NCBI GenBank assembly: GCA_963716175.1
Contig: OY970296.1
Location: 2,048,001 to 2,112,000, forward strand
DNA length: 64,000 bases
DNA from: an uncultured Armatimonadetes bacterium
GTDB taxonomy: Bacteria > Armatimonadota > Hebobacteria > Hebobacterales > Hebobacteraceae
Direction: 5' to 3'
The position numbers and the translations under genes are program-made. Each line of letters starts with the position of its first letter. Positions within the stretch are counted from its first letter, which is position 1. The notes beneath the pieces were generated by a model that saw only the letters and a list, made by a program, of their open reading frames with translations, did not search any database and had not been told where the DNA came from. This document shows positions 19,945 through 28,989 of this stretch, in pieces.

Positions 19945-20935
19945 ATGTCAGAACTACTGGTTAGGCTCTTTCGCTACTCAAACGAGCAGGAGAACTTCTT
20001 CACCGAATGTGTGGCCGACGCGCTGCGGCACAATGAGGCATTTCGCAGAAGGTTCGTCGGGTTCCTGTTCGGCGCCGGCGGGGAGGATCAGGGTGCGCCT
20101 CGAGAGGTGAATGCGATCGAGACGCAGGTGGGCTATCCCGGTTCCTGCGTCGACATGGTGCTACGCTTCGCCGACGGGACGGCACTCGGCGTGGAGCACA
20201 AGCTGTGGTCGCCGGAGGGGGCCCGGCCAACTCGCGAGGTACCTGGGTCTGTCGCTGGACTGGATCGCTTTCGTCACCGGTTACGCCGATGCCGACGCTC
20301 GCACAGAGATCGTAGACCACCCGAAGTACCTCTCACCGCGTTCCGTCCACCCTCATTTCATGTGGCACGACGTCCAGCCGCTGCTGGAGGAAAGCAATCG
20401 TGCCTCGCCGGTCTTCCAGACCGTCGCGCTTCTCAGTCTATTCAGGCACCTCGGCTTCGAGCCGCCGCCTGATAGCATTCCCGACCTATGGGAAATGGAC
20501 CCAGTGGTCAAGCACGCGAACCGCGTGCAGTTCGCCATGCTCTGGCAGCCGACTGAGGCCGGACTCCGAGCAAGGGGGTGGCGGAGATTCGGTCGGGCCA
20601 GTCATGCGGGTCTGGAGTACCGCACTGACTCATCGCCCACGGTGAAGCGCATCTGGCTGGACCCGACGGAGATTCGGGGCTCGCTGCGGCTCCGCCTGAC
20701 GGTCTGCCCGGAGACTGATCCGGCAGGGCTCGTGGGTCGGCTGCAGAGCTCTCCGCTGCCGCGCCGGGACCAGATCGTGCTGACCGTGGCCCGTGCGCGC
20801 CGGACCCGTGGACGCGAGGCAGTGGTCGACGTTCTGATCTCGCTTCGCGCGCTACTCGGTGACGCCATCGGATCTGAAGCGATTGCGCAGCGCCTGGCTG
20901 ACCATACGCTGAGTGTTGTTGACGCAGTGTGTTAG
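19945..20935 (+). CDS. PD-(D/E)XK nuclease-like protein, frameshift near 20220
   Basis: ENFFTE, ETQV, VDMVL and EHKLWS motifs, then GQLARY in the next frame after a G-run. Confidence 0.65.
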
Positions 20936-20983
20936 ATGCCGGGATCGGCCCTCAATTTCGCGGTTTGGCTTGGGTCACCTTGA

Positions 20984-21096
20984 GACTACAGCGCGGTTTC
21001 GATTCTCACTGCCTCACCCAAACGCGCCCGTCATTGAAACCGGGCATCCGTCCACAGCCGGAGAGAGTTTCGTTCCCAGGAACGATTCCTCCACCA
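20984..21096 (+). repeat. Family B repeat (113 bp)
   Basis: Colinear with 39738-39850 (cagcgcggtttcgattctcactgcct ... atccgtccacagccggagagagtttcgttc ... cctccacca). Confidence 0.85.
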
Positions 21097-21458
21097 TGCC
21101 TCTGGGTGAGGACTGTCTCTCCGCGCAATTCGCCCTCCTTGACAGCCATCGCGTTGGCACACGTTGTGGCGTCATTGGCGAGGTTCTGGCATTCGGCGGC
21201 ATCGCCAACCTGTGGACGACCCTGGCGCTTTCAGCCCCTTCTTGCGCCCCAAAACAGAACCTTCGCTCTCTCTTTCTCTGAAAACTGTGGACGGATTTCG
21301 GGCAGAGAGCGTTTTGAGAGAATGTGTCCAGCAGCACAAGGCCCTGTCGTCAAAACGGCTGGTTTCCCCAGTCTGGAAGGCTCTCTCCGGTCTGATCGTC
21401 AGCATCCCCCAGGGGTCGGTCTCCGCTCCGGTGTCCGGTCCGGCGCGGGCGGTCGCGC

Positions 21459-21487
21459 TTGACGGTCCGGACACCGCGGGCTAAGAT
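21459..21487 (+). promoter_or_regulatory. Sigma70-type promoter for the 21636-26095 operon
   Basis: TTGACG-N17-TAAGAT. Confidence 0.6.
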
Positions 21488-21635
21488 TCTGTCGGCTGAC
21501 CTCGGACAAAACGATACTGCTGTAGCAGGAATACGCACCTCAGCCCATCGCGCGCCTGCTTTACGTCATCCCATCTGGGGGGTGGCGTAGGGGGGGCGCG
21601 TGTCGCGTTGTGTGCGGCACCCGAGGAGGCAGATC

Positions 21636-23477
21636 ATGAACCTCGTGACACCGAGGGCTGTGCCAACACCCATAACACCGGAGGACGTCGCCGCCGTCGC
21701 GGACCGACTGGTGCCGGTGGTGCAGCGATACCGGGAGCTGCATCCGCTGCCCGAGGCCTTCGGCGACATGCGCTATCCCGTATTCATGCCGTCCACGCTG
21801 TTCCTGAGCCAGTACGCCGACCCGCGCTCGCGGTACTACGGAGACGAAGAGCTTGTGACGCAGGCCTGGCGCGACATCGAGTGTGTGCTCGCCGAGCCCC
21901 AGCCGCAGTGGCCGCCCTACGACACCGGGTTCGAGATCCCGGACCTCTACCACTGCTACCGGGCCGCCGAGGGCGTGCTCTCCGATTCGCAGCTCGCCCA
22001 ACTGCGAGGGCTGTTCCGCCCTCTCGGCGATTGCCTGATGGAGGCCGGGCGGTGGGACTTCGCCATGGATGATCGCACCAATCCCGCCTTCGTCCGGGCC
22101 GCCGACCTGGGAGTGTGCGGCTGGATGCTGGACGACATGGCGATGCGCGAGGAGTCGCGGTCGCAGATGGCGGCGATCTTGGCCCGCGTGGATGAGAACG
22201 ATGTGCCGAGCGAGCTGTCCGTGATGTACATCGCCCAGATGCTGGCCTGGGCACTGCCGGCGTGTGAGGTGGAGCCCCGGCCCGATCTGCTGCGCCTCGT
22301 CGCAGGGATGCGCCGGGTGATCCCCCTGCTCATCTACGAGCCGACTATGGAGCTGATGGGACCGGACTGCCGAGACCAGTACAACCTGCCATGCCGGATG
22401 GGCATAGATGCGTTGGTGCTGGGTCTCCGCGGCGCGGCGGTGCTGCTGGCCGATGAAGAGAGCGAGTGGCTCTCCCGCGCGCTGTTCCACAGGTGGGTGC
22501 GAGATGCGGAGCCGGACAGTGCCGTCTATTCCCCCCGCGCCCCGCGCTACATCGGCTGCGAGCGCTACGCCACCGGCCGCGGCGCGGCCGATTCGCCTCT
22601 CTTCACAGGCGAGCAGGTCAGCATGACGGGCGCCAAGCTCTGCGCGCTCAAACGCTGGCTCGGCCCCAAGGTGGCGGCGCGCAAGCCCGAGGTGCCGGAC
22701 GAGTACCGCTCCTCTCGTCTCTACCTGCGTCGCTACCGGAACGGCGCGGACGTGGCGGCCGTCGCCAACATCATCCAGCCCCTGAGCTATATGACACCCG
22801 GCTTCGGGCTCCAGGGCATCGAACTCTGGAGCGATGATCGGTACTTCTGGTTCAACCTGGCCGGGTTCCATCCCACCGCCTTGTCTGAGGACGGCTTCAG
22901 CGTGCTCCAGGCGCCGCACCCGGCGGCGCTGCTCCGAAAGGCGGAAGGCACGCCCGCCGACCGGATCATCTACGGTGCTGCGAAATACGGCGACCATCTC
23001 CTCAGTCTCACCAAGATCGACTGCTCGCAGGAACTTGCCCCGGGCATCGTGTCCTGGGCAGGCCTGCTGCTGGCCTCGGACCGGGAGGGGGAGGTGATCT
23101 TCGGTCGCGGAGAGGAGATCGGTCGCGGCCGCGTCTGTGAAGAGCAGGCGGAGTGTGACTGGATCCTCTACCCCTGCGATGCCAGCCGCCGCTTCGGCTT
23201 CGGCATCGTCGGGCTGACAACGACGGGCCACTCGCAGCGCATGGCCAACTTCGCGGGTGACTGGTGCGTCGTGGGACTGAGTCAGAGCGCTGAGCCGATC
23301 CAGGGCCTACAGGCATTCCTGGCGCTCGTCATCGGTCCGTGGGCGGGAACTCCGGAGGAGTACGCGGCATGGTTGGGGGCGTGGCGGGCGGAGGTCTTGG
23401 CGGAAGGCTGCGCTCTCACCGCCCCAGACGGGCATAGGATAGAGGTGCCGTACCCGCTGCCAGAGGACGCGCCGTGA
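21636..23477 (+). CDS. Hypothetical protein (about 613 aa)
   Basis: Long ORF with GAGGAGG RBS; stop overlaps the next start. Confidence 0.75.
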   Translation: MNLVTPRAVPTPITPEDVAAVADRLVPVVQRYRELHPLPEAFGDMRYPVFMPSTLFLSQYADPRSRYYGDEELVTQAWRDIECVLAEPQPQWPPYDTGFEIPDLYHCYRAAEGVLSDSQLAQLRGLFRPLGDCLMEAGRWDFAMDDRTNPAFVRAADLGVCGWMLDDMAMREESRSQMAAILARVDENDVPSELSVMYIAQMLAWALPACEVEPRPDLLRLVAGMRRVIPLLIYEPTMELMGPDCRDQYNLPCRMGIDALVLGLRGAAVLLADEESEWLSRALFHRWVRDAEPDSAVYSPRAPRYIGCERYATGRGAADSPLFTGEQVSMTGAKLCALKRWLGPKVAARKPEVPDEYRSSRLYLRRYRNGADVAAVANIIQPLSYMTPGFGLQGIELWSDDRYFWFNLAGFHPTALSEDGFSVLQAPHPAALLRKAEGTPADRIIYGAAKYGDHLLSLTKIDCSQELAPGIVSWAGLLLASDREGEVIFGRGEEIGRGRVCEEQAECDWILYPCDASRRFGFGIVGLTTTGHSQRMANFAGDWCVVGLSQSAEPIQGLQAFLALVIGPWAGTPEEYAAWLGAWRAEVLAEGCALTAPDGHRIEVPYPLPEDAP

Positions 23478-24343
23478 CCAACTGGCCCCGCGCCACCACG
23501 GCACAAAGAGATGAAGTGCTGACGGAACTGGCCGCTGATCCCATCGGCTGCCGCGACCCCTACGGCAGGCTTGATCCGGACTTCGAGAAGTGGTACGCGA
23601 CTCCGGGCGAACCAGAACCGGAACTGCTGATGGTGGCGGGGTGGCCGGCGCTGGTGTGGGGCAGCCAGACGCCGACGGTGAGCTGCACTGCGTGGACCGC
23701 GCCGGCGCCGGCCGCGATCGACGCGGTGGCAGAGCTGGCCTCGAAGTCCGCCCTCTACGAACTGGTTCTGCTGGGGGACGATGCCTTCTCCGCCTTCCGA
23801 CCCTGCCTCACTGATGGCGCGTGGCGCCGGTCCGGCAACTATGGCCTGAGGCCGGAGGCCTTTCGGCCCCGCCCGTCCTCCCGCGTCCGGAGGGTGACGC
23901 CAGAGGACCGGGCGCTCCTCGTGAAGGCTCAGGAGAGCTTCGCAGCGTTCCGGAAGTTTCTGAGTGGAAGCTATCCCCAGACCTATCGGGACTTGGACTG
24001 GATGGAACGGAGCCTGCCCGTGCTCTGCTACGGCGCGTTCACCGGTGAGGACCTCGTGGGGTTCTGCTCGGCCGCGCCGAGCTGCCGCGGGGTGCAGGAG
24101 ATTATGCTCCTCGCGGTAGGGGAGGGACACCGGCGGCAGGGGCTGGCGTCGGGGCTGCTCACCGTGCAGATTCAGGAGGCCTTCGGCCTGGGGAAGCTCG
24201 TGGGCTATCACGCCGGCGACCCGTCTGACGACATCCATGGCATGTTGTTGAAGCTTGGCTTCCATCCCGTCAGGCACAGCTTTCGCTTCATCCCCTCCTA
24301 TGCGGGGGAGCAATGGCGCACACGCTGGGGGATACACGTCTGA
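23474..24343 (+). CDS. GNAT family N-acetyltransferase
   Basis: LAVGEGHRRQGLASGLL and LKLGF motifs. Confidence 0.8.
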   Translation: MTNWPRATTAQRDEVLTELAADPIGCRDPYGRLDPDFEKWYATPGEPEPELLMVAGWPALVWGSQTPTVSCTAWTAPAPAAIDAVAELASKSALYELVLLGDDAFSAFRPCLTDGAWRRSGNYGLRPEAFRPRPSSRVRRVTPEDRALLVKAQESFAAFRKFLSGSYPQTYRDLDWMERSLPVLCYGAFTGEDLVGFCSAAPSCRGVQEIMLLAVGEGHRRQGLASGLLTVQIQEAFGLGKLVGYHAGDPSDDIHGMLLKLGFHPVRHSFRFIPSYAGEQWRTRWGIHV

Positions 24344-24389
24344 GGAGATCCACCTCGGGGCTGGCACTGGCTGGCGCGGGGAATGAGTG

Positions 24390-25157
24390 ATGACGATAGA
24401 GCGCGACCGAGAGCGTCTGCAGAGGTGGCTGCGCTGGTGCCTGGGGCAGGAGCAGCTTCAGATAGAGAGCTACCGGAGCCTGCATGGGTATTCGGACTGT
24501 GAGCTTGTGGCCTGCGAGACTGATCAAGGCACGGTGGTTCTGAAGCGTTATGCCCCCGGCTTTGTGGATTACTCCCGCCTCGGTCCGGTCGCCACGGCAC
24601 GGAAACACCTGCTGGTGCTGCAGGAGCTGCCCGCCCTCGGCGTACCCACGCCGCGCCCCCTCGGCTTCGCCGTGAATGGAGAGGAGGCCGCGCTGGCGAT
24701 GGAGTGGAGCGACGCCGAGCCGCTGACTCCGGCCGGCCGCTTGGAGGCGGCGCGAGTGCTGGCGCGGTTACATTCCATCTCTCTCACCGACCTCAGCGGT
24801 GAACTCGCTGACTTGGCGACTCGGTCGACTCCGAATCAGAGCCGCTTGGGGGAGGTGCTGAACGAGCCTCCCCTGCGCGAGACGACGTTGCAGCATGGGG
24901 ACTACTTCTCCATCAACTTCGCGGTGACGGGGGGAGCCGTGCGCATACTCGACTGGGACTTCCTTGCCTGCGGCGATCCGATGTGGGACCTGGCGTTTCT
25001 GCTCAAGGCAGACGCGCGCAAGGAAGACCGCGAGGGGATTGGCGTCGAGGCCGTCACGCTCGCGTATCGTGACGTGCGCCCTCTCGACTCCGCCCGACTC
25101 GACTGGCACCTGGACTGTTTCCGGGCCTACTGGCGGAAGCGAGGCCAAGATGCCTGA
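24390..25157 (+). CDS. Aminoglycoside phosphotransferase (APH)/choline kinase family protein
   Basis: VVLK, LARLH, HGDY..N and ILDWD..GDPMWDLA motifs. Confidence 0.85.
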   Translation: MTIERDRERLQRWLRWCLGQEQLQIESYRSLHGYSDCELVACETDQGTVVLKRYAPGFVDYSRLGPVATARKHLLVLQELPALGVPTPRPLGFAVNGEEAALAMEWSDAEPLTPAGRLEAARVLARLHSISLTDLSGELADLATRSTPNQSRLGEVLNEPPLRETTLQHGDYFSINFAVTGGAVRILDWDFLACGDPMWDLAFLLKADARKEDREGIGVEAVTLAYRDVRPLDSARLDWHLDCFRAYWRKRGQDA

Positions 25158-25184
25158 CCCAACGACGAACCGGAGGGAGGCCAC

Positions 25185-26095
25185 ATGATACCTTGTGACG
25201 ATGCTCAGATCAGGCTGGACTTCTGCCACCGCGACTACCTGCCGTATCGTGAGCTGATCGGCGACCTGATGCCCCCGACGGTGCTGGATGGGGCGATGGA
25301 GCGCTACTGGGTGGACGACGGGCGGCTCGTGGACCGAGGCGAGCAGGCGCGCGAGCCAGCGATCCACGACCACTACTGTGTAGACTCGCTGGAGAGGCCC
25401 TCTCTACTTGCATGGGTCCACGGCGTCCCCCGCGAGCCAGGCTGCGGCTGGAGGGGGAGCTGCCGAGCGGGAGCGACCAAGCACTCCGGGCGTGGATTCG
25501 CGAACTCGCTCCCGTCGGCGTTGCCACCACGCACAAAACTATCAAGCGTTGCCTGTCCGAGGAGCTCGGCGTTACAGACTGGGGCGAGGCCGGTCGGTAC
25601 ACCGTCACCACAGAGGACTTCAGGCCGAGAGCAGACCATCCGGTGCGGCTCCTCTCGCCGGCCGACCGGCCGCTCTGGCGGCGTTTCGTCGAGAGGAACA
25701 TGGATGACTCGATGGTCAGCGGCCGAAACGGCTGCGGATCGGTCGTGCGGGATTTCGAGTTCATGTGCATGGGAATGCCGGTTGTCTACTACGCGGCCGA
25801 GAAGGACGGCGAGATCGCTGGGATCGTGACCATCGGCGCCAGCACTGATCGCTACGACGGCATCGGCGCGCTCTTCGCTAGCCCAGAGCATCGCCGCCAG
25901 GGATTCGGTTACAGCCTCCTCTCGGTGGCCACGCAGGACATTCTCGCGCGGGGCCGACAGCCGGACTACTTCGCGGGCGGCGATCCCGACGCCCTGCCTC
26001 CGCTGCTCACCGGCCTCGGCTACCGTCTGAACTTCACCTTCTACTGGACTGAGCGCTTTATGTGGTACGACTGGGTACTGGCGCAGGAGCCGTGA
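25185..26095 (+). CDS. GNAT family N-acetyltransferase, frameshift near 25430
   Basis: GGAGGGAGG RBS at 25185; the C-run at 25427-25431 joins it to ORF 25412..26095 with FASPEHRRQGFG. Confidence 0.7.
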
Positions 26096-26107
26096 TCGCT
26101 CGCGAGG

Positions 26108-26298
26108 CCCGTATCCAGGCCAGTGTATCGCAGACCTGGACTGTAGGACGCGTGGTCATCCCTGGCGGCGAAGTGCAGTCCCCAGTAGTCAACGCCGCAC
26201 CCGCATCCAATTGACAGGACATTGAGCGGCTTCGGCAGGAACCCCCGAGCCAGAATATCGCCGTAGATAAGGCGGTATTCGGCGAGGTAGGCAGGGAG
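26108..26298 (-). pseudogene. Fragment of a SAM-dependent methyltransferase-like protein
   Basis: LPAYLAEY..LNVLSIGCGCGVD..YTGLD motif I/II-like pattern; no start or end. Confidence 0.45.
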
Positions 26299-26463
26299 GT
26301 ACCCGAGCACCGGGATGCCCCCGCAATACTTGCCCTTGTGCTTGGTGGCCGCGATCTTGTCCCGAATCCGCTCGCCGATGATCTCCCGCTCGAACTGGGC
26401 GAAGGAGAGGAGTATACTCAGGACCAGCCGGCCCATCGAGGTCGTGGTGTTGAACTGCTGGGT
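26299..26463 (-). pseudogene. Internal fragment of a serine recombinase (resolvase/large serine recombinase)
   Basis: TQQFNTTTSMGRLVLSILLSFAQFEREIIGERIRDKIAA..KGKYCGG.PVLGY. Confidence 0.85.
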
Positions 26464-26490
26464 CCCCACGCGTGTGGGGGTGATCCACCG
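26459..26490 (+). CRISPR. Solitary type I-E-like CRISPR repeat (no array, no cas genes)
   Basis: GGTCCCCACGCGTGTGGGGGTGATCC matches the I-E repeat layout; no second copy about 61 nt away. Confidence 0.45.
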
Positions 26491-26647
26491 AGGAGAAGAG
26501 GGATGCCGTTCTCGCACGGTGAAGGACGGCAGAGATCGACACCGCGGTCGCGAATCGGAGCGCTGCCGGAGGCTGGGGAATGCGTGGGCGTGCCCGATCC
26601 CAGCCCCTACGCTGTTGAGCAGCGCTGGCGTCGAACCATGGCATGAC

Positions 26648-28300
26648 ATGGGGTGCTCCGTCTTGGCTTGGCTCTTATTCGGTATCGTCCTGGCTTGTGC
26701 TCTTGTTATGTCACCCCGTGCGGGTGCAGCCACCTACTTCATCTCGCCCGGCGGCAGGGATAGCAACATGGGCACCCAGGACTCCCCGTGGACTCTGGCA
26801 AGAGGGAATGCCGCGGCCCAGCCCGGCGACACGGTCGTTCTGCTTGACGGCATCTACAAGGGAACTCCGATCGCTCCAACTCGCTCTGGCGAGAGAGGCA
26901 GCCCCATCACCTACAGAGCGGCCACTGCCGGGAAGGCAGTCCTGACGGAGTCGCATGCCATGCCCGGTCCCTTTCCGGACGACGACTCCGGTGGACCTGC
27001 CGCGATCTTCCTCCTGGACCGATCTCACATTGTGATCGATGGGGTCGCAGTCAAGGATCCTGGCGGCCGGTTCCTCTACGCCGGCGGCGCAAGCTCTGTA
27101 GTGGTGCAGAACTGCCACTTCGAGAACACGGAGTACCCGCGCGCCTGGGAGTCCTGCCGGTTCAAGCGAGTCGGCGATCACATCACCTTCCGCGACAATG
27201 TCGTGATAAAGGGCAATGATTCCGTCGCCATCACGGGCGGCAGCTTCCATCTCATTGAGGGCAACAGGTTCGAGGGCGCAAGCCACACCTGTCTCGTCTT
27301 GATGGGGGTCCAACGGTCGGTGGTACGCGGCAATAGGTTCGAGAATCCCATCCAGAAGCTGATGGAAGTCTTCACCGCGAGGAGGAGGGATGTCGGAGAC
27401 GAGATCCGTAAGAGCGAGTACCTCATCATCGAAGACAACTTCTTCGGCCCGGCCCCACCGATTGAGATCAACGGCACGAATAGCGGCTCCGGAAGCGCAG
27501 GCATCCAGTATGCTGGCAACAACACCATTCTTCGACGGAACGTCTACTTCAAGTGTGGAATGGGCATGGACTTCAGCCGCTACAGCGCCGGGGCCCGCGA
27601 CGATCCGGAAGCCCTATACTGCAGCCATAACCGATTCTACAACAATACGGTCTACGACTGCGGGTGGCCGGCGCGCTACGGAAGCGGCCCCGGAATCTGG
27701 ATCTCAGGCGTCGAGGACGTCGTCCTGATCAACAATGTCCTCTACCGGAATCACGCTCACCCAGACTCTCACTTCCCGCCCTCCACCCCACACGATGTTC
27801 AGTTGGCGTTCGCCAGCCCGAGCAGCTTCCGCATGCTCCGGAACCTCCTCATGGGAAGGGAGAGGGGCGCGGTTACGCTATGGAACAAGGAGCAGAGGAC
27901 GGGGTTCGCGTTGGGCGCCTTCGAGGAGCAGTTCCCGCAGACCGCGCGGGCCAATCTCGAGGTGGAGCCGCGGTTCGTGGATGCTGAGAAAGGCGACTTC
28001 CATCTGCTGGCAGATAGCCCATGCATCGACGCGGGGATGCCTCTGACGACTGCACGGTCTTCCGGCGAAGGCACAGTGATCGAGGTGGAGGACGCCCTGT
28101 ATTTCACTGACGGTCACGGCATCATCGATCCCGACGTTCTGCGCGTTCGGGAACAGCGCGTGAGGGCGCTGAAGGTGAACTACGAGGCGAACTCAATCAC
28201 GATCGACCGAAGCATCTCCTGGAAGAAGGGCGACCCGGTCACTCTGGACTACGCTGGCGCGGCGCCGGACATCGGGGCCGCTGAGTCCAGGACGAGGTAG
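26648..28300 (+). CDS. Secreted right-handed parallel beta-helix protein (pectin lyase fold)
   Basis: Signal peptide, ATYFISPGG.D...GT...PW, AQPGDTVVL.DGIY, N-rich coils, DFHL..SPCIDAG and APDIGA. Confidence 0.85.
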   Translation: MGCSVLAWLLFGIVLACALVMSPRAGAATYFISPGGRDSNMGTQDSPWTLARGNAAAQPGDTVVLLDGIYKGTPIAPTRSGERGSPITYRAATAGKAVLTESHAMPGPFPDDDSGGPAAIFLLDRSHIVIDGVAVKDPGGRFLYAGGASSVVVQNCHFENTEYPRAWESCRFKRVGDHITFRDNVVIKGNDSVAITGGSFHLIEGNRFEGASHTCLVLMGVQRSVVRGNRFENPIQKLMEVFTARRRDVGDEIRKSEYLIIEDNFFGPAPPIEINGTNSGSGSAGIQYAGNNTILRRNVYFKCGMGMDFSRYSAGARDDPEALYCSHNRFYNNTVYDCGWPARYGSGPGIWISGVEDVVLINNVLYRNHAHPDSHFPPSTPHDVQLAFASPSSFRMLRNLLMGRERGAVTLWNKEQRTGFALGAFEEQFPQTARANLEVEPRFVDAEKGDFHLLADSPCIDAGMPLTTARSSGEGTVIEVEDALYFTDGHGIIDPDVLRVREQRVRALKVNYEANSITIDRSISWKKGDPVTLDYAGAAPDIGAAESRTR

Positions 28301-28344
28301 AAGCTGAGCAGAGGCAGGTCTCGGTTGCCGCTACCGGCACGTCG

Positions 28345-28590
28345 CCGATGACCCGGGCACCCCCCGACTCCGGCTCCGCCTCGGCTGGGAGTCACTCTCC
28401 GGGGTTCGGTCGCATATGGGAATGGCGGTCCCGTCGCGACAGCGATCGCGGGGAGGCCTGCCCTGTCGAAGCCTCAGACGCTGCCTTGCCGCATCGTCGG
28501 GGCCCTTCCAGACGAGGGGTGCCGGCGAGCGCCCAGAATACTACGAAACGAGCGGCGCAGGGGCTCTGAGGGCCGGATGAGTTTTCCGAC
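28345..28590 (+). repeat. Family A repeat, L2 + core + R1
   Basis: ccgggcaccccccgactccggctccgcctcggctgggagtcactctccggggttc...ccggatgagttttccgac. Confidence 0.8.
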
Positions 28591-28989
28591 CCCACGGGAC
28601 ATGGTTCGCTGGTTGTGTGCTGCGGCGGAGATACAGGGGGACATCGTGCCCGGCTCCAGGAGAGTGCTGTTGTCGCCTGTGCTGGTCCTGCTGGCAGTGA
28701 AGGCCGCGTCTGCCGCGGAGCTCTTCGCGCGGTTCCGACAGGATGGCGTACTGACACTACGGTCCTCGACGAGCCATGAAGTCCTGGGCCGCATCAGCCC
28801 GGGCCTCGATGGGCCTAACTGGACCGGGTTCTGAGCGAGCCCAGCAGACGGGTTCCCCCAAGCGGGATGGCGCGGACCGCTGGCAGTACGCAGGCACATT
28901 GGTTCCTGAGGGTCAGCAGGGCGGGGTTGATTACACCCTGGGCGCCGGGCAGCAAGTTCGAGCAGATCCTACTCCTGGAGGTTGAAGGC

